64,000 bases of DNA, from the NCBI GenBank assembly GCA_030141605.1, contig JAQGDQ010002368.1, positions 248,001-312,000 on the forward strand. The letters run 5' to 3'. Positions 13,245 to 26,900 of this stretch are shown piece after piece; positions within the stretch are counted from its first letter, which is position 1; each line of letters starts with the position of its first letter. Source of the DNA: Tubiluchus corallicola. Taxonomy: Eukaryota > Animalia > Priapulida. The notes beneath the pieces are model-generated. The model was not told the origin of the DNA and made no database searches. It saw only the letters and a program-made list of their open reading frames with translations. The position numbers were made by a program, and so were the translations under genes.

Positions 13245-14300
13245 AATGCAGGTAAAAATGGCACAAATAAAAGTGACGCGAGAAAATTGGCATGGTAAAA
13301 ACAGTGCAGGTAAAATAGTAAAGGTAAAATCGCACTTTAAAAACATGCCACAGGAAAAAATGGCATACTTGGTAAAATATGAATTTAGGGTTAGTGTTAC
13401 TGCGGGAAGTCATCCTTCAATGCAGCTTGTTTGTTTCATGGTAAGAATGGCACAGGAAAAAATGGTACACTTAGTAAGTAAAATATGAGTTTAGGCTAGG
13501 GTTGCTGTGGAAAGTTATGCTTCAACACAGTTTCTTTGTTTGTTTGCTGTTTTTTGTCTGTTATAGCAGTAAGCCTGTTATGCAATAACCACCTAATGGA
13601 TTTCCATGAAACTTTGTAGAGAGGGTGGCTATAGGGTGCGAAAATCTGCATTTCATTGTCCGTTTTTTTGCTAAACTTGACCGAACACCAGATACAAAAA
13701 GCATTTTGTGAAGCACTTTGCAGAGGTCCCAGAGATAGTGTTTAATACTTTTTATTATCTCCACCAAAACAATAAACTACGAGTTAGTTCTAAGTTCCAT
13801 TTTGAGAAATTCTCGCTTGGAAAACTGTGTAATCCTGTTCTATAACCTTTGCTTATTACACTGCTATCTAATTGCTTATTAAACTGTTTGCTTATCTAAA
13901 CGTTATGAGCTGACTTGGTATCTAAATACGTATATATGTCAGTCTATTAGGAAAGCAAAATTAATGGTTAAAGAAAAGTAGATAAACACTAGGTGGAATA
14001 TATAATACTGATACAGGTACATTTTTGCATGTTTGCTTTTTATTTTTGTTTTATGTTTTTTTAATCTAAAGAATCAAATGAATGAGTTTAAGATTAGTCG
14101 ACTTTGACAGAGGTCTGCTTCCTATTGAGTGCATTCTAGCTTTATTGTAGAAATCAGTTGCGTCAAAATAACATGTGCCATTTTAACATGCAATTTTTTC
14201 TTGTGCCATTTTTACTGCACAATCATTTGTTGTACTGTGGCTGTACACACTGTTTTACTCTGCAGTTTTTTTCTGGTGCATGTGTGCACTTGCTAGTTTT
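13245..14300. mobile_element. Degenerate foldback-like non-autonomous element with inverted arrays of short motifs
   Basis: The left side repeats GGTAAAAATGGCACA / CAGGAAAAAATGGCA. The right side (14170-14290) repeats the reverse complement TGTGCCATTTT(T)AC. An internal ~100-bp direct duplication lies at ~13350-13545. Ends are approximate. Confidence 0.5.
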
Positions 14301-14528
14301 CAATCTGAAATGTAATTAAAGGTTAAAATTTTGTGCATTTTTTAGTCGTCGCACTGGTAAAATTTTAGGTTGTAGCAATATGCAATTAGCAAGTTGCTGG
14401 AATAACCTGACTTTAGGTGATGTGATCTTGACTCATTTAAATGAATGTTAGATCGTGACACTTGCTGGTTGTGTTTTTTTCTAATTAATTTTTAGTAAAA
14501 TGTTGTAATATTCCAAAATATATTTTAT

Positions 14529-14786
14529 TGAGTTTAGTTTGTTTAACATTAGGCCCTGTTGAAGTTGCAAATTGAAGTAAACTATCATTCTTACAGAGTA
14601 TTAAACTACAAGTCTGGTGAGTTTAGTGTGTTAAGATTAGGTCCAGTTGAAGTTACAAATTGAAGTTAACTATTTTTCTTACAGAGTAGTAAACTACATG
14701 AGTTTAGTTTGTTTAATGTTATGCCCTGTTGAAGTTGCAAATTAAAATTAATTATCTTTCTTACAGAGTATTAAGCTACAAGTCTG
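14529..14786 (+). repeat. Three tandem copies of an 81-89 bp unit containing the splice acceptor of the first ABCB6 coding exon
   Basis: Units start TGAGTTTAG at 14529, 14618 and 14699. Each contains GTTGAAGTT.CAAATT...TTCTTACAG|AGTA..AA.CTACA. Confidence 0.9.
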
Positions 14787-14860
14787 CCATGCTCTAATAG
14801 CCAATTAAAAGATGCTGAGTTTAACATTTTATTGATTGGAATTGCAACTGGTGAATAAGA

Positions 14861-14990
14861 ATGGAAGACCCTACTAGCTATTGTCCACCTAACATTACTT
14901 TGAGAGTTGTATGGGATCATGGACTCAATCAGTGCTTTTTAGAGACTGTTGAATCAGCCATCCTTTTTGGCATTATTTTCATTTTTGGAG
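14861..14990 (+). CDS. ABCB6: ABCB6 coding exon 1
   Basis: [43 protein letters not shown]; donor gtatta. Confidence 0.88.
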
Positions 14991-17900
14991 GTATTACCTT
15001 TTTGAGTTTGTTTTCTCTTTTATAGAATTATTTTTCTTGTTGTTATTGTTGTTGTATTTCTCATGATCAACCTAACTGATTGCATTATTATTTTAAAGTT
15101 TTGCCATGCAATATTATCAGCCTAACGTGTTTCTTAAAAAAAATGACTTTTGGGCTGAAGTCATTCTTTTTTCTTTGTTGTAAGTAGACAGAATAACATA
15201 ATTGATGCTTAAGCTTTTTGTAAAATGCAAACAAATGAAGCAGTTAATTCAAACGTGTGTTTCTTAAATGGAATGTAAATTTTGACCATTTTTTGTAATT
15301 CTGTACGATACATAAGTGTACATTATATTTTAGGAGCACAATTGTACTTTTATCACAAATATTCTAATCTCATTGATCCCAGAATACGACCAAAAAGCTT
15401 TTTCTTCAGTCTACAGGTAACTTGAAGCTTTTTTTTCAGTAGTTTGTGTCTTAACACATTTTGCAACTGGTGAAATTCTAAGTATAGTGTGCAAATTTCA
15501 GAAAACCCTTGCTTTTTGATCAGTTCAGTGTAAATTAATATTATATAGCTTACTATAAGATCCTGTGTAAGTAAATCACTAATATGTTGTTAAGAAGTCA
15601 AATTCAGGATACTAAATTTTCAGCACTCTAGAAAATGCCAACAGTAAGATAAGTTCTGCAACTTCTATTGGTAAAATAGCAGTGTATTCTAACCTGATAT
15701 TATGTTAAGTTGCTTAGCTTTTTTTCAAATTTAAAACCCTGCTAATGTCACATATTGTACATAAACTTTTTTGAAATTTTTATTTTTGAAATGTGATACT
15801 TGAGTTTTTATTGTATTTTTTTGTTTAGTTATTTCTGACAGTTCTTCTTGCTCTAGAAGCAGTGGTGCATTTGATTTTGTATGGAACAGTATTAGGTAAG
15901 GTATATTTGTGTTAATTAATTAAGCATAACTAAGAAACGATGACTAATAATATCTTCATCATTTCTAAGAAATCAATCAAAAATCAATTTGAACTTGTAA
16001 AGTAGCCAAAGAGGTGTTGGCTAAGCTGATTTTAATTATACCTGATTTGATACCTGTCCAGTCTGGTAGTTTGCTTTTTACTTTGCTGTGTTAAAACTAT
16101 TTTCGTTGAAGTGGTGAGCAACTTGAAAATTTAAAGAATTATTGCACAGTGGTAGATTGCAACAATGCATTCTGAAAGAGAGCTATAGAGTCGATCTCAT
16201 AGTCCTGTTGCTTATATATTTCTTTGTGTTTTCTGAAGGTGATAAGCATATTTATGGATTTATGATTTTGAGTTCCATATTCTACCTGGCTGCATATTCC
16301 ATTTCTCTTGCACTGATAATCGTAGAACGACGGCGCATGCTGCCAACCGTTCCCACCAGAGGACATGGCATGATCTTGCTGATATTCTGGATGCTTGCTT
16401 TGATCAAATCAAATTTAAGCTTTCTTAATTGGTTTAGCGAAGAATGGTGGTTCAAGCAACGCACGTAAGTAAGCCGACAGCTACAGCAAATTTTTTGTTC
16501 AGAATCCTGTGGTTTATAAGTTTTAATTGGTAAACTGATTAACAAGAAAGTAAATATTTAGTGCATTTTGAAAAGATGAAGAGAAATTCTATGTCATTGC
16601 AGAAGCATTGATTCTTTTCTCTGAAATTAATTGCTTTCTCTGCTTTTAATTGAAAGTAATAGTAATTAACTAATATAGTACAATGGAGTTGGAAAAAACA
16701 GTATAATACTCCAAGGTGTACTACGTTGTCGTATACAGTGCTGTAGTATCACTGTATTTCTTAACAAAGATGCGTCGTGAAATTAATACTTTAACAAATG
16801 ATAAATCATGTTTTCTATTATTAGGTACATTTGTAACATGGAGCATTTGTTTAATTTTGATTAGTCACTTTCATTAAAGTTTATATAGTTTAATTTTTGC
16901 TGACAAAAGGTAACATATTGTCCTTTTTTTATAGAAAGTCAGATAATATAGAGACTGCTTTATTCGTCATAAGGTATATCTCTACTGCACTTTTGTTTAT
17001 CATTGGCCTTGCAGCCCCAGGCTTACCAAGTAAGCGAACTTGGTATGCAATGCTAAGCAGAGATGTTTCAAATATAGAGGAGAACAAGGTATTTTGTTTT
17101 TTGTATATTGCTGTAAGTATAATTTGAATCGGAGTAACTTCAAATAGAATTTGCTAAAAGGTTTGCTGTTGGTGATTTGATATGTATTTCAAAGCATTAA
17201 ATGAGAATTTTAAAACTTTTTTCCATCATTTAATTGTGTTGTAATTGAAGGATTGTGATCGGGTGCTGACATAATTTAATTTTTTTTGTTAAATGAGGAA
17301 CATAAAAGTCATAACCTCATACTTGTTGATTCACAGTTTTTGAGAAGCTAGAATCTGAAAACATATTTGTATTTGTTCTAATCATTTGTTTTTTAATGCT
17401 AAGGTTATTCTCTTCGTTTGGGACAAAAACACGAAAAATAATGCTATCATTATGTATTGAAATAATAAGGAAATGTTTTCCTTGGCACATTTATAGTTTT
17501 TGTTGTTTATTTAGCCATTAACAGAAGAAACGCCACTTAGAGGAGCACATACTAATACTAGTCAGTCTACATGGACAAATGTCTGGGAAAAGACGAAGCT
17601 GATATGGCCTTTTGTATTTCCAAAGAAGAGTCTTATGCTACAACTGCGAGTTGTATTTTGTTTTTTCATCATTGCAGCTGTGCGGGGCCTGAATGTACTT
17701 GTACCTGTGTATAATAAACTAATAGGTTTGTTATTCAATTTTTTTGTTAAAATAACGAAAATAATTGGAATTATGATAGATAAATGTGACAGTAAGTATT
17801 GAAGCACAAGTACTTTTTGCTACAGTAGGCTATGTACAAGTACCAGGCCATTCGAAAACTGTTTGTGTACAAGTACTTGAGTATAGGAAAGTACCAAGTA

Positions 17901-20900
17901 TATAAATAAACAATACTAATATTGATTTACCAATTAAAGTTATTTCTAACATTAATGGTTTTAAACCTTCACTAAAAGCTTGATAATGTTTATAACTGTG
18001 TTGATTTATGTAGATTATTATAGTTTTTGTAAAGTACACTGGAAGATGATTATAGTTAGAGTGCTTTACTGTATGTTTTATTTTTTGTGTTGTACAAAAT
18101 ATGTATTTTATCATTTTAATGGATGACTGATGTAATACAGAGTTTGATTTAGTTAATTTGCTCGCCTTTTTAAGTTCCTCAGTGTTTTAAAATTTTCTTG
18201 TTTTTTGTTGTTAGTTTTCTTAAAGCATGTTGCTGAAGACCACATGTTAATTATTTAAATTATTAAGTTTTTTATTACATTATAGTTGATAGTTTAACCG
18301 GAGTTGATTTGGAGTTTAAATGGGACTACATTTTGATTTATGTTGTACTTCGACTGCTTCAGGGAGGAGGAACAGGTAAAAATATTGTTAATACTTTAAT
18401 GTTATATTATGTAGTTGTTCGAACGCAAGTTTTGAATATGAGTTAAAGTGTACATGCCATACACTATGGTGTATGTTTGCTAGGTGATTATTAACAGATA
18501 AGTGCTTAAAAATTGTAAGGCTAATGTGTGAATGTTCAAAATTTTGGCAATATGGCGTGAAGTGCCAGCACCCACAGATGCGTGATTGTTTTTGAAACTT
18601 TTACTTCAGTAAACCATTAATTTTGGTATAAACAGTTTTTACCTTTATTGCTAAACAAAGAGTAACAATTTTGCTGCTGCATTAGTCACTTTAAAAAGCC
18701 CACATGCTTACCAGAATTCAATTACCACACTTTTTGCCCAAATTGGGTATCGTGTCCCACCTCATTTGACTGTGTAAGACTGACTTTTTTTATCATTCAT
18801 GATTACAGGTTCTATGGGGTTGTTGAACAACTTGAATACGTATTTGTGGATTCGTGTTCAACAGTATACAGCTAGGGAAATACAAGTAGATCTCTATAAA
18901 CATTTACACGGGTTTGTATTCTCAACAGTTTTTTCATAGTGCTTTCTTGCACACAAAAGCATGTGAAGATGTGCCTGCTATAAGTGAATTTAGGGCAGCT
19001 GAAAATGAAAAAAGATTTAGTGCTGTTAAGCTAATAAATGTAATGTAGAAAGTGTGCAGGGTTGCTTGAAAATTTGTGGTGTGCATTGACATACTGATAC
19101 CGACGACTAGATAGCCAGACGTGTTTCATCGGCAGTCTGTTTTCTAATTAAACAACATAAGAGATACAAAACCCAGAGAAATTATTACAATAGTGCTTTA
19201 TGATTAATGGTGATTGATTTTTGCAGTAGTTTTTATGTAATTTTTCCAAAGCTATATTTTTTTGATAGGTTATCACTAAGATGGCATTTAGGAAGAAAGA
19301 CTGGAGAGGTACTCAGAGTGATGGATAGAGGCACAACAAGCATAAACACTTTGCTCAAGTATCATATTTATTACTGTCTGTTACTAACTATCATTATTAA
19401 ATGTTTGCAAAACATGGAGTTGCCACAATTAACAAATAATAACCTTTTCAATTATAGTGAGTAATACTTTGAAATTTAAAGTGCAAATGCCTGAACATTC
19501 TACCTTCTCTGGGTTGCTATGATGATTATTTTGATTTAGTCCTTATACTGCTTAAAGTGTTTTTGATGAGACTTTTGCAAGTCTACGTTATTTTAGGTAG
19601 TAATTTATTATATAGGTTATGTGGACATATTGTTTCCGCAGCTAGTGCTTTAACTTTATTATCTTTTGTCAATTTATACATCAGTTGAAAGACTTTAATA
19701 TATTTATTATTAATGATTTAAAGAATTATTTTTAACAAATGCTTGCTAGAAGGGCAAGAAGTAAAAAACTCTTAATCTTGAAGTAATGAGAATGCATATG
19801 GGTCTGGGTCCAATAACAGTTGGATTGTTCGTTTATTAGTGAGCATTACAGGCCTATTGACGTTTTATAGACTGACACCAGCCAGTTAATTTTTTTGCAC
19901 AATTTTGTTTGTTTGAATAAGTACACAAATTTATTTTTATTTACATGTTTTCAATATTGTGTTTTTCAATTATGCACTATTCAACATAATAGCTAAAGCA
20001 TTTAGTGGATTTTTTTAAGTAGGTATAGTGATTCGAAACAAATTTTGTTGTTTCCGATATTGTTTTGCAATCATGATTATTGTGATTAATTCCTACAAAT
20101 GTCATATTTTTTTGTTTTCAGCTATATTATATTTAACATCATACCAACAATAGTAGATATTATAGTTGCAATTGTTTACTTCGCAACTACTTTCAACTTG
20201 TGGTTTGGCCTCATTGTTTTCCTGACAATGATGCTCTATTTAGGTATGTATTATGTACCTGATATGTATGTATTATGTATTAAATAATACATACCTTACT
20301 TTAACTTTTGTTAGTTCAGTGGAAGGAAAGTATAGGTCGAATTTTTCAGGCTTTTCGGTTTGTTGCACTGACATTTGCTTGTCACTGAACAAGAACATTT
20401 GATGATGCTGACATCAGTAACGGAACTTTCCTATGGTATATTATCTCACGGACATTATGTCTTCTAATGACAAGGAAGATCTTTTTTCACACGGCTAAGT
20501 GGTTTGAAAATGTTTTGCGTATCCGCACGGTCACTGGCTATTTGTTAGACGACATGTTGTGTGCATTGCTAACATCATGCCATTCAAATGATTTTAGTCT
20601 GAAACAGTTTGAAAATGGTTCCAAATTACCTCCCAAAATGGTTCCAAACCAGTTTTGTGCCCCAACACTGTCGTGTGAACACTCAAACCAACTTTTTTAA
20701 AATGGTCTACATTTGCTGTTTTGAAAGGTATGCATATTATGAAGCTGCTTTGTTAAATACTATAGGATACAAATCTTTTTGTTTATCCTCATGTATGATA
20801 GATGTCAAGAGAGTATTGTTTTGTGTATGAGACTGAAATTACACTCTACATTTTTATCTGTTAATTTCAAAATTGCATATTGCATTCAGATTTTTTATGA

Positions 20901-23900
20901 TAGAGATTTAATTTGATGTTAAGGTTAATTTGGTTTATTATTTATTACAGTGTTTACAATACTCGTCACAGAGTGGCGCACGAAATTCAGACGTCGAATG
21001 AATTTACTTGATAATGAAACCAGAGCAAAAGGAGTTGATTCACTATTAAATTTTGAAACGGTATGCAGATTTCTAAATACGCATTTAAATATACAGATAC
21101 CCATAGACATAGACATAGGCATGTTTATTTATCTCTTATAGTGCACATTTACATGAAATACATAGCTGATTAATCATATAAAATTTACATGAAAATAAGA
21201 GGAAGAATATATATTAATAAGTGATTACATGGGTGCAAGAGAAAGGGTAGCAAAATTAAAGGAAAAAGGGTACAATAACTAGTACCTGGTATATAGATAG
21301 CCTAGATATATAGTATATAATAAATAGAATATAGTTCCCCAGAAAGTCAGGTTTTTGCATAATATAAATTTGCATTTTCAACACAACTCATAACTTCTAA
21401 GCATTAATTTGTGTTGCTTAGGATTCTCCTGAACAGGTTTCCTTTTCTAACTTTGTTTTGCTTGTGTGTTTAGGTGAAGTATTATGGAGCAGAAGATTAT
21501 GAAGTACAGCGTTACCGAGCAGCTATACTTAAATTTCAGGAAGCTGAGTACATATCCACAGCTTCTCTCAACCTACTCAATATGGTGCAAAGTTTTACGA
21601 TAAATGCTGGGCTGTTAGCTGGTTCTTTGTACTGTGCCTGGTTGGTCGTTGGTGGAAAAGGATTGACTGTTGGTGATTATGTGCTGTTTTCAACTTATCT
21701 GATTCAACTGTATGTTCCACTGAATTGGTTTGGCACATATTACAGGTAGGACTGTTACTAATGTTCATTAATTGGAATCTTAGAGTGTAAGCTGATTTAG
21801 AAATTAGTGTCAGTTGATCATGAGAACTCAAAAACTGGCTGCATATATAAAAAAATTTCTACTGTTTGAAAATGTGATTTTAAGAGAGATCTAATTATGG
21901 TCAAGATGCAATTTTTTTAATCAGTTTAATCAATTGAAAGTTAATCTAATGAAATAGTGCAATGAAAAATGATCTTGAACATTTCTTTTGTTCACTAGGC
22001 GCCGTTTATTAGACTCACGGTTAATAGACTCAGTCGCCTAATTGACTCAAAAACGTCTGGTATCGGCCGCTCCTATTCAAATGTATATAAAAACTGTCGA
22101 TAATTGACTCAATTTTTCCTTCACATACTTAAAATAAGACACTTGTGTATGCCCAAAGATCTTTTACTGCTTTTATGTCAACTTTACGTCAATTTTGTGC
22201 ATTATTAATATACATAGAAACAGTTATGTTAGGTACAGTTTTTGTTTGTAAGCAGGCTCAGTATGTTTATCATATGCGTTAATGGTTTTGCTTTGAATCT
22301 GACACCCCCTCATCCACCTGCAGTTAACCTTGTTGGTTCTGGAAGCTAAACATTTAATCAGTTGTCCAGCAGTTTGCTTTTGAAGTTCCTACTGCTTTTC
22401 ACAGGGGAAACAAGGTCATTGCCTACTGTAGTTCAAGCACTAAGTGACTAGGTGGCTTGCTTGAATATGTGCAGTATACAGCAACAGATTTTCAATGTTT
22501 TCATCATTATGAAATTTTATAAACTTCTGCGTGAAGAAGTGAAGCAACAAACCTTGAATATTCGTAATATTTAGTGGTAATAATCAGATTACCGAGATTT
22601 TTTATTTTCTTTTTTATAAATTCACTTATGCACATAGTGTTCTTAAATAATTGCACATCAATAGGAATTTTGACATTAATTCATTTCGAACATTCATTTA
22701 AAGCCTTTCCAATGCATACTATGGTGATGCCTGATTACTCATACTTCTATAGTAATAGGCTACACCCTTTCTAATTGAATTAATCAGTTAGTTGGGTCAA
22801 AACACTTCCATCCCAAAGTGAGTCTATTAAAATGTAAAATGTTTATAAAACTTTTTTTGTTCTCCTACAGCACAAACATTGAACAAACTCACTTATCCAA
22901 ATACGTAAAATCCCAGATCCTTTGTTGGAACGCAAATTGCACTAAATTATAACTTGTGAAATTACTAGCAGCTAGCAGATTGAATGAACTTTTTCATGTG
23001 AACAATGTAAGCCAAATTATATTAGCTAGCAGAAAGTATTTGAATTTTATGAGGCTAGGTAAATAAATATTTTGCGGAATTATACCTTCCAGTCATCCCA
23101 GCAAAATTTGAACAAAAAGTTTTTGGATAAAGTAGCAGAGGTACAAGAGTGCACATTTCACACGTATTTGATTATCATTTCTTTAGATGCAAGTGCTTTA
23201 TGTATTGTTTGTATTTATTTTTGGTATTTATGGTATTTTATTAAGTTACCAAAACTCATTTTTCAACAGGATGATACAGCAGTCCTTTATTGATATGGAG
23301 AACATGTTTGATTTACTAAACCAGAAACAGGAAGTGCAAGACACACCTGATGCCTTAGACTTGCGTGTATCTAGTGGAAAAATAGAATTTAAAGATGTCT
23401 GCTTTCAATATGATGACAGGTCTGCAAGTTTTTACATATTGATGTTCAGCTAACAGAAAGTATTTGAATTTATAGGTTATAGGTTCTAGTGCTCTAGGTT
23501 ATTGTAGCTGCTACAAAACAAAATAAATTCAAATTGCTTTTGAATGCACACATTTGTTTAAATTCAAATATTTTTTTGATAATATGAAGTAGTTAGAAAA
23601 AATTTAGAGTAAGTTTTCACATTAAATATCACATTGACACAGCGAGTTAAGTAAATTGTATTTAAGTGGCAATCAAGATTTACAACAAACTAACACTTCC
23701 AGAAAACAGCTTTTGAATATGAATATTTGAGCCTTCAAGAAGATGCAGTGTTGCTATAACATATGTACTTCCCACTCTTCCACTTTGGTTGTCATCCAGT
23801 TCAGTTCTCTGTTATTGTTGGTGAATAAATGTACTTATTTATTCGTTATAATAGTATTACGAGAGGGCCTATAGAAGAATTAATCACATCTTGTTTAACT

Positions 23901-26900
23901 AAGCAATTGATATATTGCTCCAAATATTATCTTTTATGGAGTTCTTTTAATTTTGCAATAACTAAATCACTTATATGGAGTGACACTCTTTATTCTGTTT
24001 CCCAACAACACTTCTCTCTCTTTGCCAAAATTGGTCACATTTGATAGTCTGTACTGCAGTATGTGGCTCAAGACCGCTAAGTGTAATTATTTGGCTCAGG
24101 AACTTGTGATATTGCTTTTAAGATGTTTTGCAGATACTTCGTTATTGTTTTGTAAAGTTATTAAATTTTTCGTAATTGTTTATGTAGTTGAATTGAACTA
24201 TACTTTTTTCTGATAATATGAATTTAGTTTAAGTATTTACCGTATATACTTATGTACAAGTCGAATTTTTGGGAGGCAATTTTCAAGGTGAAATTTTTGG
24301 AGTCGATTTATACTCACGATATGTTTTTGGGAGATGTTGCTAAAGAGTCGTCTACAATAGGAATATGTAAAGAAATAATCCTTCACTATATGCTGGACTG
24401 AATGAACACTCATACTGTGATACTTCACATCAGAGAATGTTTGCATCTTGACATTACTTCACAAAATTAACAAATATTACTGTAATTTATTTTAATGTAT
24501 GTGAAATTAAGTTAAAATTTATATATTACCAGTAAATAAACTAGCGACGGAGCACTTGATCAGAACATGGAATTGCTTATGATGTTACTGAATTAAACTG
24601 TGACGTTTCAGATATGAGTTTTTAGTTATAAGTGAGAAATCAGCGACTGAAATGTTACGACGGATCCTGACCGCTATATCCTAGAGTTAAAGGCATTACA
24701 AACAAATTATGCACGATGAAAGGCCAGGCTGTATTATCTTGGATTGCATTGAGGGCCCTCAACATGAATACACACACACACACACACACACACCACACAC
24801 TGGTTAGATATAATATACTTGGCCCAGGCACTTGTACGTATCTTACACACTAACACAGTAGGCTGCTATTGATTTATTACTCGGCCATTGTTGACATCAT
24901 TTACTTTGGAAGATCTTAATATTTTATGGTGGAATTGTGCACAGGTAATATATAAAATGATGCAATTTTTGGTCTTAAAATGTACAACACCGACTCGTAC
25001 ATAATGCTGACTTGTACACACGTATATATGGTATTTCCAGATTCTAGGAGTTTTTTTATTGTCTTTCCTGCTTAATTTAAGGGATCACTTCTGAAAAGCA
25101 TTTAGTATCAATTTTTTTCTTGTATTTGTGAAGGAGGCAAATATTGAAGTCTGTTTCGTTTACTGTCGAGCCTGGACAAACAGTGGCATTGGTATGTTTA
25201 GATTTTTTAATCAGTAGCATTTGAATAATGCAGAGGTTTTTAAAAATTTAAAAACAGAGATTTATAGTTTAGCAGGACAAGCAGTATAAGATATCATGGG
25301 TACAATACTCCTTCTAAGCTGTTTCATTTGTCGTACTGCCTGAGGGAAATATAGTCTTACTGAGACAGCATATACACAAATGTAGCTGAGATACTTTTGC
25401 TGGTCATGTGTTTTATCTTAGAGAATTATCCTGCTACGAGTTTGTATGTTGAGTAGGTCTTGGAACAGTGTGCTGGGTCTCAGCTCACTGAATGCTGAAT
25501 TGCATGAAAAATACCATTAATCATTAATAATTGTGCAGTTAACATTTATATATCTGCAGTGATTTTATGGGTGAGTATTTTCTGATGCAGGTTGGTCATA
25601 CAGGAAGTGGAAAAAGCACCATTGTTCGTTTGATATTCAGGTTCTACGATGTAAATAGTGGCAGTATACTTATCGATGATCAAGATATCTCGCAGGTAAT
25701 ATGAATGAGGATGCTAATTTATAAACTGGGCAGTGTGATGAATTAATTTATACTTTGAAGTCTACTATCTTTCGTGTGCACACTTATTAAAGTTTTTTGT
25801 ATGAGTGACTAATTTCTATATAATTGGCAGCGAGATGCTTTTCTATGAGTACTCTGAGTCTTATGTTGAAAAAGGTGGTCTCCTTTATGAGCACTTAACA
25901 TTAGCATTAGCACATTACCTTACTGTTTAAATTATGGAGCACACTATGTGCTGTAGAATGAATAATTTTTAAATTTCCCCATTTGAGCATTTTTATCACA
26001 GATTCTACATTACTTTTTTTTACAGGTTAAACAGTCTTCTCTTAGAAAGACTATTGGCGTAGTCCCTCAGGATACTGTTCTTTTTAACGACAACATCATG
26101 TAAGTTTGTTTTGCCCAGTTATGTTATCTACTGCACATAAAAGCTAATATTGTGTGAGTTATTTGACTTCCTGAATGCCAAGTAACTGTTTTTAACTGTT
26201 TTCTAAACAAATTGAAATCCAAATAATTTTGAAAATTGGGTACTTTGATACCTCTATAAAAAGTTTTGCAACTTGCCATGTGAGATTAGTTATAGTCAGA
26301 AAAAGTACCATTATTCGGCTAGCAAGAAGTCAAACAAAAGCCTTCAAGCTTATTTTACTGTGATGATAACTGAATTGTCACATACTTGTCTTACTCAAGA
26401 CACATATAATTAATATAATAAGAGAAGCCAGCCATGCAGTTGAGCATGACATCTGCTTTTACCCTATCCTGAATATTTGCGTGATGACTTGAGTACGCTT
26501 TACATTTTCTTGCTTCTTATTTGGACATTGGATTGATGGTTGTCACATGGTAGCAAAGCCACTGCATTTTTAAGTTTGACAACCTTGATGTCAGGCAACG
26601 TGGGACACTTCGTAAATGTTTATGAATGTCTTTTTTCTGATGTCATCATTAAAAAAACACACCTGCCGATCATATGGTTTTCTTAATACATTCTCCTGGT
26701 GTTCACAGGTTTGAATGCACAAGCTCCATCAAAACTTAAAATGACTTTGATCTGATGCTCTAGCATTGTGATAACCTTGTCCAACTAAATATGTTTTTCA
26801 CAGGATTCTTAACTATGCCGAGTTTAAGTAAATTATTTGATTGACAAAACTGTGATAATGAGAAATTTTCTGGCATTGCTGGTTCAGTGCAAAAAAAAAA

